Shown: positions 55,301 through 61,354 of the stretch, in pieces
Numbering within the stretch: the stretch's first letter is position 1
How the letters are laid out: each line of letters starts with the position of its first letter
Source of the DNA: Patescibacteria group bacterium
Lineage (GTDB): Bacteria > Patescibacteriota > Patescibacteriia > Patescibacteriales > JAQVLT01
Assembly: GCA_028704015.1 (NCBI GenBank)
Contig: JAQVLT010000005.1
Span: 10,820 to 74,819 of the forward strand
DNA: 64,000 nt
Direction: 5' to 3'
Position numbers and translations under genes: made by a program
The notes under the pieces: model-generated
What the model was told of the DNA's origin: nothing
The model's database searches: none
The model's input: only the letters and a program-made list of their open reading frames with translations

Positions 55301-55645
55301 GCTGATAACAAAACTGGCAATTGCAAAAGACATAAGAATTATTATCAAACCGATTAGAGCAGCTTTTAATGTTTTTTTGGCTTTCTCAATTTGCTCTGCA
55401 TTTCCGGCGGCCGTCATATACATCCAGCCGGCATAAATTATTATCCCGACAGCAATGATTCCCAAAAATCCCAAAGCAACTCTAATAACATTAGCAACTA
55501 TCAAACGCGGATCAGTAGAACCAAGTCCGATTTGCTCGCCAAAAGATAATCCGAGATCGGTTTGCGCAAAAACAAAACTAGCCACTCCTAAACAGCTAAA
55601 AAGTGTAAAAGATAATATTAATATTATTTTTATTTTTTTAGACAT
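49388..55645 (-). CDS. giant (2085 aa) surface protein: VirB2/TrbC-pilin-like two-helix N-module, Ig/IPT-like domains, hyper-cysteine core, two C-terminal FN3 domains
   Basis: A single uninterrupted ORF. The N-terminal 120 aa are paralogous to those of ORF 56163..58883. About 149 Cys by hand count. FN3-like segments: NLNWSAI...YYFAVTAIY and ADIVWKD...YCFGLVAYD. Confidence 0.8.
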   Translation of the reverse strand: MSKKIKIILILSFTLFSCLGVASFVFAQTDLGLSFGEQIGLGSTDPRLIVANVIRVALGFLGIIAVGIIIYAGWMYMTAAGNAEQIEKAKKTLKAALIGLIIILMSFAIASFVISRIMQATGVEEGQTCAVDSDCTGNFYCCSGTCKTSCVPGGCVGLGCASFGEFIYSNNPSDRSINNPRNSAIVLTFNKDLTKLAQDDLNNNIKVEKIYTYNDDHVATTSLSAPENIIGLISSSTRQIIFRASADCGASGATNCLPEWSGFQVTVNALSGIKSINGNSLTCQTASCTFIFATNDAIDTSAPTAGIAPSQICKDDGTLKADANLISGWANDDLGLSFVKFYEKKSGENEEEKQIFQAGGQKDFSGGYQTNTANMNIGENYTFKIKAYDATLAFGQSEFTAAIKPGHCCNGIKDSGEIGIDCGGDCLACEGGPCNQADLEPQCSDSDKTNCNDNLCSTAFCACKTEGCICQTKPMISWVTPIGGFCENDTNKICQLDSDCTASECNINTPNGATGNLVTIGGRNFGSTIGQVWFTKNDGTLVEASLANTTNSACVDNWSDRQIIAVVPDGVAANSPIKIKNAINNYEDSTNDNYGPNLPNFVVNNITRPGICQLNPNHGKVNDVVTYNGVSLSNVNPYFGDSANNILAVSLGFSALNGQAKVPNLSVGLTSTFVKSANNLISNYLNFVKDDESSNGTTTIGTEIATTTMPTGAIGCLAAGNTEEEKNAVCGTGNICCAADTVYAGECRDSLVKCNQRPTAAVYEFEFIAHEATTTSVNCSSITNEAECSQSSECCIDAMDKNKCSVGSRTTTSAYCGYYLCDTNSCNKNILVASTTPGNPYFKDINECEEKCRTSGIPASCLDQGGSCTNSQVCCPAGSTFEGLCKATLANCRQGALAAVYEFEFSTGKTGSQPGDPCDGNSETTTCEPDNTKCAGSQNLFCDPSKNCTCQPKTECATDQEACGNVCCVKGTCQNASESQCIGCPAGKNKCGDGNCCNAGCINYLGDATSSCPPSCSGYNLNQCLSNNLCPNSPGQCSPYQPAAGTKKEVGDCNYSCNGIGACASGSCEYNSNLNKCVKKAENSCSLNGTAINSSGESVEKYCSVYNNENRWHFNSVDSCPTGWTKISGNKCVNMGSDGLCNLCADGYKCLNNSGVGICGIEQNICSGNAKCESDNKCKVADQASCDCCCRKANGDQDCCSPLKCEGGCGSDAAGTDFGVCTGCASAPDPDAACNCSGHFGKFCDVTAAGGKGVCSDCTKVTNLEECSSHGTCCVDAMKNNVCRGGTGDKNIVSNNPSGLAYCAYYKCSASGDSCDNNKIASSTNAVFYTQAQCTDQCKPGPEFGKECSTESTVSEPVCDTNICNGFSCLNQDGSGSVYPSCGVCCCDPNAAVDQCAKKNPKLTCHANRGSCSGANRGLCCGCSQDSDCGGVDAIGCGGDTCCHPRPAINSKTPIGNNICRNTQIQAQFNSLMDITSFKGNIIVVGDYEDKQCPINTTYLSLDGSGQPKIGFVSKIYKRIARSINVILKPVLTPLFGDDAFAQATSNFCAIEGTTGGQNSATYTTLTFSPKKLLDPSVTYYAIIKGEEILGNKKGILSKEGVGFKGVNNTSVSLFNGLSFANAEIWSFKTLANQGEDNNGICLVDKIVIEPDDYLFNTTESDVKEIDDPDNLTKFDIAADNDKVFTAYALSSDDQVLNPVLGAYDWTWTWKIDKTDVLATTSVFAANSNKQLIQAQNDIVDDFSWIHATASTSGIATTTKTGDTQAFVFVCENPWPPIITSVHSWSPWEDQEGNCQPGATDCKDTNYKLYYCRDAGGEGTADDLPAIQSNAAVIQGARTTTCVYGANVGKACKSNADCGGGLCQTVLKESYFFRSALPVVSDIVLSAGADSETLHSNISEGNKVNLNWSAINIPSGETFKTYKVYYGLSNRKYFDFIATTNTNYTIENLDNGKIYYFAVTAIYVSGAESAYSNEVLAVPWDTQGPTSPIVTNARAGNGKADIVWKDMSSNGDASRFRIFYKAEQNCNSTVNFGTSVVASKSNGNIATTTILGLANNNKYCFGLVAYDQYGNPSATTTAAATPISD

Positions 55646-55663
55646 TTTAATATTTTAAATTCT

Positions 55664-55699
55664 AAGCACTAAACTCTAAATTCTAAATAAATTCAAAAT
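55664..55699. repeat. left inverted repeat flanking the four-helix-bundle gene
   Basis: AAGCACTAAACTCTAAATTCTAAATAAATTCAAAAT. The reverse complement of 56096..56158 contains the same blocks. Confidence 0.6.
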
Positions 55700-55724
55700 T
55701 CAAAAAGATAAATTCAAAACTTTA

Positions 55725-56084
55725 TTATTTGCACTTTTCTAAAATGGCACCGAATATCTTTGTCAATTCTGATGCTTCCTTGATTAAAGCGTCGCGTTCT
55801 AATAATAATTCTGAAGGACAATCAACTAATAGAAACCAATACTTAGATTCTTTCGCTTCCTTGCGGCAAATTTTAATCCTCATAGTAAAATCTTTTTTAC
55901 TCAATGACTCATTCGCTTCTATATAATTAGCGCCGACTGAACCAGATGAACGGCTTAATTGTTTTATATCTTCTATATTAGAAATCGTTCTCGGTAATTT
56001 CTTAATAAACTCTCTTGTAACTTTAGCAAATTTTAGCGTTCTTTCTTCTAAATCATAATAATTAGTCGTCGCTGTTTTGATCAT
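55725..56084 (-). CDS. four-helix-bundle protein (23S rRNA intervening-sequence protein family)
   Basis: SSGSVGANYIEANESLSKKDFTMRIKICRKEAKESKYWFLL is the family hallmark. 119 aa. Confidence 0.85.
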   Translation of the reverse strand: MIKTATTNYYDLEERTLKFAKVTREFIKKLPRTISNIEDIKQLSRSSGSVGANYIEANESLSKKDFTMRIKICRKEAKESKYWFLLVDCPSELLLERDALIKEASELTKIFGAILEKCK

Positions 56085-56095
56085 TGAAATTTTAT

Positions 56096-56158
56096 ATTTT
56101 GAATTTATTTAGCCTGTCTGCCGGCAGGCAGGGATTTAGAGTTTGTAATTTAGTGCTT
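56096..56158. repeat. right inverted repeat flanking the four-helix-bundle gene (interrupted by a GC palindrome)
   Basis: The reverse complement reads AAGCACTAAA-ttacaaa-CTCTAAAT-[ccctgcctgccggcagacagg]-CTAAATAAATTCAAAAT. Confidence 0.6.
56113..56132. repeat. GC palindrome family, copy 3 (CCTGTCTGCCGGCAGGCAGG)
   Basis: 20-nt palindrome with one G-T position, nested in the right inverted repeat, 3' of the 906-aa gene. Confidence 0.75.
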
Positions 56159-56162
56159 CAAA

Positions 56163-58883
56163 CTACGGGCATGTACTTGATGCCGTAGCTGTGCCGCTGC
56201 AGCAAGAAGGTGTGACCGTATTAATACCTGCTGGGCAAGCAGGACCGCTAGCTGGCATAAAACAATTCTGATAAATATCCTGAACACCAGAACCGGCTTG
56301 ACCGCGATATTTCTGCATATCACTAAACATAGAATGTTTTATATAAACCTCGGTCAAATCAGGATAGCCATCTTGGGGCAAGGTGTCTGATTCTAAATCC
56401 TCCTTTGTTATCCAGTATCCCAGCGGGTCGGAGCTAAAAGAAATCAAATTAACATTTTTGTTTTCTACATAAACTGACTGAGTAGGAGTGCTTTGTGTCT
56501 CATCCTTTTCCTGCGTTGAACCGGTTTTTAAAGTGCTTGCTCGCAATAATTTATTAAATTTAATTATCAAATAATTTGAAAGGTTAGCTCCGCTGCTCGC
56601 ATTGGCCGGCGTAGTTGCGGTGATAGCCGGACCGTTAGTATCTTTACTAGATCCTACAAAGAATGACCACTGAAAATTGTCACCCGCAGTAGATGCGCTA
56701 ATCGGCTCAGTAAGCTCGTAAAAGCTAACTGGACCTTCGGCATTGCCATTTCTATTACCGTCCAAAGAATTCAAAGCCATATCAACCACGCCGTCTATAT
56801 TTGTTGTATTTGCTACGGGATAATTTAAAGCCGGATTGCTGTTGTCTTTACAAACTCCGCTAACACAATTGCTGTATGGACTTTTAGTCGCACAATCATT
56901 ACTGCCAACCGCGCAAGTCTGCAAACTCGCAGCTTTTAATTCAACACGCAAATTTGCCCTGGCTGGCAAACAATAAATTTTCTGTCCGCAAGCATTTACG
57001 CCGCATTCCTTGTCTGATTTAAATTCCACTGTTTTATATCCATTGGGAGAAACATAAAATTCACCTTCTAAATAATCATTATCACCCGTGCAGACGCCAC
57101 TAACACACTTGAATGATTTGCATTCCGCGTCAGCTGCACAGGTTGCTGTTTTGGCTTTGGCATCACTCGCGGCATTAACAATTTTTATATAATTTGCGAC
57201 CGCGCTAGCTTGCCCGGAAATCAAATTTGGCATTATCGGTTCATTAAAATTAATCTGAATCGTAGCATTCATCGGTTCATCCGGTCTGCCGTTAACTTCA
57301 AATTTAACTGCTTTATCTTTTCCCCCGCTCATATTAGTAATAGTTAAAATATTTGCATTGCTTAACGAAGTTACGGAAATATTATTTCCACTTACCCCAG
57401 CAACTTTAGCTGCAAGCGTGACTACTCCTTGATTAGATGTAGCTGTTATTCCTAAATTGCTGTCATTTATTGCCTTGGCAATATTAGCTGCGGTAGCAGC
57501 CTCATTAGAGCTCGCTACAATTTTGCCGGCGCCGGCATTACTGCTAAATGTAAAAATTGTATTTCCAATTTTTAGCGTATCCGCCTCCTTGGGTGAAGTT
57601 AAAGTTATTTTCCATTCATCTCCTTGTTTAAATGTGCCATCAGATGGTTTTAATATCAAACCACAGCTAATATCAGCAATGTTGTCGGTTGTGCTGTCTC
57701 CGCTTACAAAACCGGAAACATTAGTAACTGAAGCTGTATTGTTATTTATGCTGACATTAACATCCCCATCATAAGTGCATGAATAATTACCTTCCAATTT
57801 AGCATCTTCCGTTTCACTGCCAGAATCCGCCTTTACCGGTTGAGTATAAGATGCGGACACGGCTACCTGCGGCAAACCATTTACCACTATTGAACCAACA
57901 GCCGCGACAGCAGACTCTTCTGAAATTACGGTGTCCTGTTCTCCGTCTGGCACAGGAAAAACGTCCTTCACCTGCGGTGGAGTCAAATCCAAAAGCGTAC
58001 CAACTTCAAACTGCCATTCAAAATAAGCGGTATTGCGGCAATTAGCAAAAACACTTTTTTTGTTATTAGTCTGGATGCCATCTGTTAATCTGACAATATA
58101 CCAAATTTTCTCCGAAGCCGAACCAAGATATTCGGTCGGCCTAAAGACAAAGGTTTTATTATCGCTACTGCTGACTACTACGTCAACTAAATTACAGCCA
58201 GACTGCACATTTCCCACGCCAGTCATCAAACAATTTGTTCTTAGCACCTGCTTAAATATTTTTATATCTGATGTTGGCCCGCTATTGGGGGCGCAAAGTC
58301 CTGTTTCAGGAACTACTTCGCTGCAAATTGTTGTTGGATCAATTGCTTCCTTAAAAGTCACTACAATTGGATAATTTCTTGCCACATCCAATTGTCCGTC
58401 CTCGGGGTAGACGCTATCAATGCTACAATTTCCCAGGGCGCCAAAACCCGGACGAAATCCTGGCGTACCTCCCGGTACGTTCGTGCCTGTTCCCCCGAGA
58501 CTTCCGGCTAACCGACCAATAATGAAACTGACGATTGCAAAAGCTGACAATATAATTATTAAGCCAATCGCGGCGTTTTTTAAAATAGCAATCGCTTTTT
58601 TTACTTTCTCCTCATTACCTTCACTCGTCATGTACATCCAGCCGCCGTAAATAATAAGCACTACCGCCAAAATTCCCAGAAATCCAAGGGCGACTCTAAC
58701 CACTTTTGCCGCAATCAAACGCGGATCTTCTTGGCTTAAACCGGTCCCAGCGCCGTATTGAATACCGGTCAAATCATCGGTTTGCGCAAGAGCAAAATTA
58801 CTGAGTAATAAAAAAATAGCTCCCCAAGCGAAAATCGCTATCAAAGCTATTTTTATTTTTTTTGAGTTCTTTTGTATAAACAT
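56163..58883 (-). CDS. large (906 aa) surface protein with VirB2/TrbC-pilin-like two-helix N-module and Ig-like/Cys-containing extracellular domains
   Basis: N-terminus ...LAQTDD...DPRLIAAKVVRVALGFLGILAVVLIIYGGWMYMTSEGNEEKVKKAIAILKNAAIGLIIILSAFAIVSFIIGRL. SbsA/Big-like segments follow (P-x-D-G...V...I.V.F), then the tail CPAGINTVTPSCCSGTATASSTCP. Confidence 0.75.
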   Translation of the reverse strand: MFIQKNSKKIKIALIAIFAWGAIFLLLSNFALAQTDDLTGIQYGAGTGLSQEDPRLIAAKVVRVALGFLGILAVVLIIYGGWMYMTSEGNEEKVKKAIAILKNAAIGLIIILSAFAIVSFIIGRLAGSLGGTGTNVPGGTPGFRPGFGALGNCSIDSVYPEDGQLDVARNYPIVVTFKEAIDPTTICSEVVPETGLCAPNSGPTSDIKIFKQVLRTNCLMTGVGNVQSGCNLVDVVVSSSDNKTFVFRPTEYLGSASEKIWYIVRLTDGIQTNNKKSVFANCRNTAYFEWQFEVGTLLDLTPPQVKDVFPVPDGEQDTVISEESAVAAVGSIVVNGLPQVAVSASYTQPVKADSGSETEDAKLEGNYSCTYDGDVNVSINNNTASVTNVSGFVSGDSTTDNIADISCGLILKPSDGTFKQGDEWKITLTSPKEADTLKIGNTIFTFSSNAGAGKIVASSNEAATAANIAKAINDSNLGITATSNQGVVTLAAKVAGVSGNNISVTSLSNANILTITNMSGGKDKAVKFEVNGRPDEPMNATIQINFNEPIMPNLISGQASAVANYIKIVNAASDAKAKTATCAADAECKSFKCVSGVCTGDNDYLEGEFYVSPNGYKTVEFKSDKECGVNACGQKIYCLPARANLRVELKAASLQTCAVGSNDCATKSPYSNCVSGVCKDNSNPALNYPVANTTNIDGVVDMALNSLDGNRNGNAEGPVSFYELTEPISASTAGDNFQWSFFVGSSKDTNGPAITATTPANASSGANLSNYLIIKFNKLLRASTLKTGSTQEKDETQSTPTQSVYVENKNVNLISFSSDPLGYWITKEDLESDTLPQDGYPDLTEVYIKHSMFSDMQKYRGQAGSGVQDIYQNCFMPASGPACPAGINTVTPSCCSGTATASSTCP

Positions 58884-58944
58884 AATTTTATTAATAAAAA
58901 TATATAAATTTAAAAAAGTAAAAAACCTAAAAAATTTAAAAAAT

Positions 58945-58974
58945 TCTTAAATCTTAAATCTTAAATCTTAAATC
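58945..58974. repeat. heptamer tandem repeat (TCTTAAA) x4 plus a partial unit
   Basis: Read directly. It lies in the divergent region between the 906-aa gene (start 58883) and rel (start ~59037). Confidence 0.75.
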
Positions 58975-59036
58975 ATCTAGGTTTGACTAATCCACAATTA
59001 AATTATAATATAATTATAACACAAACAAAAGATCTA

Positions 59037-60509
59037 ATGCAAATAAAAATGACAATAGAACAAGTTATTAAAAAAGTAAAAGAAAATGACCATGGAGCAG
59101 ACACTGATTTAATTCGGCTTGCTTATGATTTTGCATTAAAAGCTCATAGTGGACAAAAAAGAAAGAACGGTGAAGAATATATTCAACATTCTCTTCACAC
59201 TGCCTTCATTTTGACTCAAATAAGAGCTGACGTGCCTTCAATAATTGCCGGTCTTCTTCATGATGTTCCCGAAGATACGGAATTTACACTCAAAGATGTG
59301 GAAAAAAACTTTGGCAAAGAAGTAGCTATGTTGGTAGAAGGTATAACAAAATTAAGCAAGATCAAATATCGCGGCATTGAAAGATACCGTGAAAGTTTAA
59401 AAAAAATGTTTCTTGCCATGGCGCACGATTTAAGGGTAATTTTAATAAAATTCTGCGATCGCCTGCATAATTTAAGGACTTTAGACGCTTTATCGCCGGA
59501 AAAACAGCAAAGAATCGCCCAGGAAACCATGGAAATTTTTTCTCCCATTGCCGGACTCTTGGGTATCTGGCGCCTAAAATGGCAGATGGATGATCTTTGT
59601 TTCAAATATTTATTGCCGGAAGAATTTAAAAAATTGGAGTACAAATACGAAGTGGAAAAAAAATTAGAACGCACGCAATTTATTAATAAAGTCAGGGACG
59701 TCCTGGGAAAAAAATTCAAAGAAGAAGGCATTGAAAATGAAATTGAAGGAAGATTTAAACATTTATTCAGCATTTACCAAAAAATGCAGAAAAAAGGCCA
59801 ACAGTTTGACGATATTTATGATGTATTTGCACTACGCATTATTACTACTTCCGTAGCTAATTGCTATAAAATATTAGGATTAATTCATACTATCTGGCGG
59901 CCCAAACCAAACCGCGTAAAAGATTATATTGCCGTGCCAAAACCAAACGGCTACCGCAGTCTTCATACCACCGTTTTTTGCCTTGATAACAAACTGGTTG
60001 AATTTCAAATTCGCACCAAAGAAATGAACGAAGAAGCGCACTACGGTATCGCCGCTCATTGGTATTACAAACAAAAAGAAGGCGAAAATATTGTTAAACA
60101 GCCGGCTTGGATTAAAGAAATTTTAGACATGCAACGCGCCACCGAAAATGCTCATGATTTTATAAAAAAAATTAAATTTGATGTTTTTCAAGATAGAATT
60201 TTTGTTTTTTCTCCCAAGGGTGATGTTTTTGAATTGCCTCGCGAATCCACGCCGGTTGATTTTGCCTATGCTGTCCATACTGATATCGGCAACAAAGCCG
60301 CCGGAGCGATAGTCAATGAACAAATTACTACTCTGGATCATATTCTAAAAAATGGCGACGTAGTCAATATAATCATTGAAAAGAACCGCAAAACGCCAAA
60401 CAAAGATTGGCTCAGGTTTGTAAAAACCGCCCGTGCTCGCGATAAAATAAAACAAAACAGCGCCAAATCGACTTTTGACAGTTTAAAAAAATTCTTTCCC
60501 GGGAAATAA
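59037..60509 (+). CDS. rel: RelA/SpoT-family (p)ppGpp synthetase/hydrolase lacking the C-terminal regulatory domains
   Basis: HD hydrolase motif (GLLHDVPEDT), synthetase core (VFALRIIT, NGYRSLHTTV) and a TGS domain (RIFVFSPKGDVFELP...DFAYAVHTDIG). The ORF ends about 60 aa after TGS. Start chosen at the first ATG (59037); the ORF track starts at TTG 58983. Confidence 0.85.
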   Translation: MQIKMTIEQVIKKVKENDHGADTDLIRLAYDFALKAHSGQKRKNGEEYIQHSLHTAFILTQIRADVPSIIAGLLHDVPEDTEFTLKDVEKNFGKEVAMLVEGITKLSKIKYRGIERYRESLKKMFLAMAHDLRVILIKFCDRLHNLRTLDALSPEKQQRIAQETMEIFSPIAGLLGIWRLKWQMDDLCFKYLLPEEFKKLEYKYEVEKKLERTQFINKVRDVLGKKFKEEGIENEIEGRFKHLFSIYQKMQKKGQQFDDIYDVFALRIITTSVANCYKILGLIHTIWRPKPNRVKDYIAVPKPNGYRSLHTTVFCLDNKLVEFQIRTKEMNEEAHYGIAAHWYYKQKEGENIVKQPAWIKEILDMQRATENAHDFIKKIKFDVFQDRIFVFSPKGDVFELPRESTPVDFAYAVHTDIGNKAAGAIVNEQITTLDHILKNGDVVNIIIEKNRKTPNKDWLRFVKTARARDKIKQNSAKSTFDSLKKFFPGK

Positions 60510-60520
60510 ACTAAAAAAAT

Positions 60521-60549
60521 AAAATCGCTTAAAGCGATTTTATTTTTTT
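60521..60549. terminator. bidirectional rho-independent terminator between rel and the GatB/YqeY gene
   Basis: AAAATCGC-TTAAA-GCGATTTT hairpin followed by TATTTTTTT, with an A-run on the other side. Confidence 0.6.
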
Positions 60550-60568
60550 AGTAATAATATTAACAATT

Positions 60569-61021
60569 TTAACTGCCTAATATCTTTTTTACTATTTCAC
60601 CCACTCTATTTCCATCCGCCTTGCCCTTCAATCTTGCCATTGTTTGTCCCATGATTTTGCCAAAATTTTTCTCTGCGTTCGCGTCACTAATCTCTCTGAC
60701 AACTCTTTCTATCTCTTCATCATTTGCTTGCGTCGGCAAATATTTTTTTAAAATCTCTATCTCTCTTTGTTCTTTCTCTACCAAATCTTTCCTTTCACCC
60801 TGCTTGTATGCCTCAATTGAATCATTCCTTTTTTTTATTTCGCTCGAAATAACTTCAATTACCTGCTCATCGGTTAGCTCAGCGCTTCCTGCCGTCCGCA
60901 AAGAAATTTCTTTATTGCGTAGAGCGCTAATTACCAACCGCAAAGTAGAAATAGTTTCTTCTTTTTTTTCTTGCATAGCGGCTTTTAAATCCGCTTTTAT
61001 CCCTTCTTCTATGTTTGCCAT
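60569..61021 (-). CDS. GatB/YqeY domain protein
   Basis: 150 aa with LKAAMQEKKEETISTLRLVISALRNKEI...LKKYLP...GKIMGQTMARLKGKADG, typical of YqeY. Confidence 0.85.
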   Translation of the reverse strand: MANIEEGIKADLKAAMQEKKEETISTLRLVISALRNKEISLRTAGSAELTDEQVIEVISSEIKKRNDSIEAYKQGERKDLVEKEQREIEILKKYLPTQANDEEIERVVREISDANAEKNFGKIMGQTMARLKGKADGNRVGEIVKKILGS

Positions 61022-61070
61022 AATTTTATAACAAAGTAACGAGCTTAATTGGCTCGTTACTTTTAAATTA

Positions 61071-61307
61071 TTACCAACGTTTTTTTGTCTCTATTTTTAG
61101 TTTACTTATTTTTCGTAGATATTCTTTTTCTGCGCGCATCTCAAAACTCTTCAAAGCATATTCTTTCTGTTCTCGTTTAGATTTTTTGGGTTGACGATGT
61201 TTTTTTTGCCTAACTTCATAGAGCTTACCGGTCTGTTGTAATTTTTTATTGAATCTTCTTAAAAAATTCTCAAAACTTTCGCCTTTTTTTCTTTTAAATT
61301 CCACCAT
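61071..61307 (-). CDS. rpsU: 30S ribosomal protein S21
   Basis: 78 aa and highly basic, with GESFENFLRRFNKKLQQTGKLYEVRQKKH as in bS21. Confidence 0.8.
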   Translation of the reverse strand: MVEFKRKKGESFENFLRRFNKKLQQTGKLYEVRQKKHRQPKKSKREQKEYALKSFEMRAEKEYLRKISKLKIETKKRW

Positions 61308-61354
61308 ATGGCACCTGCCTTTCTAGAATAAATTAATATTTAATACTATTTATT

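Noticed and set aside
55292-55645. VirB2-like modules taken as evidence of a conjugative type IV secretion system
   Set aside because: No VirB4, VirD4, VirB6, relaxase or other T4SS component is in the window. Only the pilin-like fold is claimed, not a T4SS.
49388-55658. About 20 antisense or off-frame ORFs of 60-130 aa inside the 2085-aa gene (for example 50044..50436, 51170..51439, 52221..52484)
   Set aside because: All are nested in one uninterrupted 6.2-kb ORF with coherent domain structure. The Cys/Gly/Asn codon bias of that gene keeps other frames open by chance.
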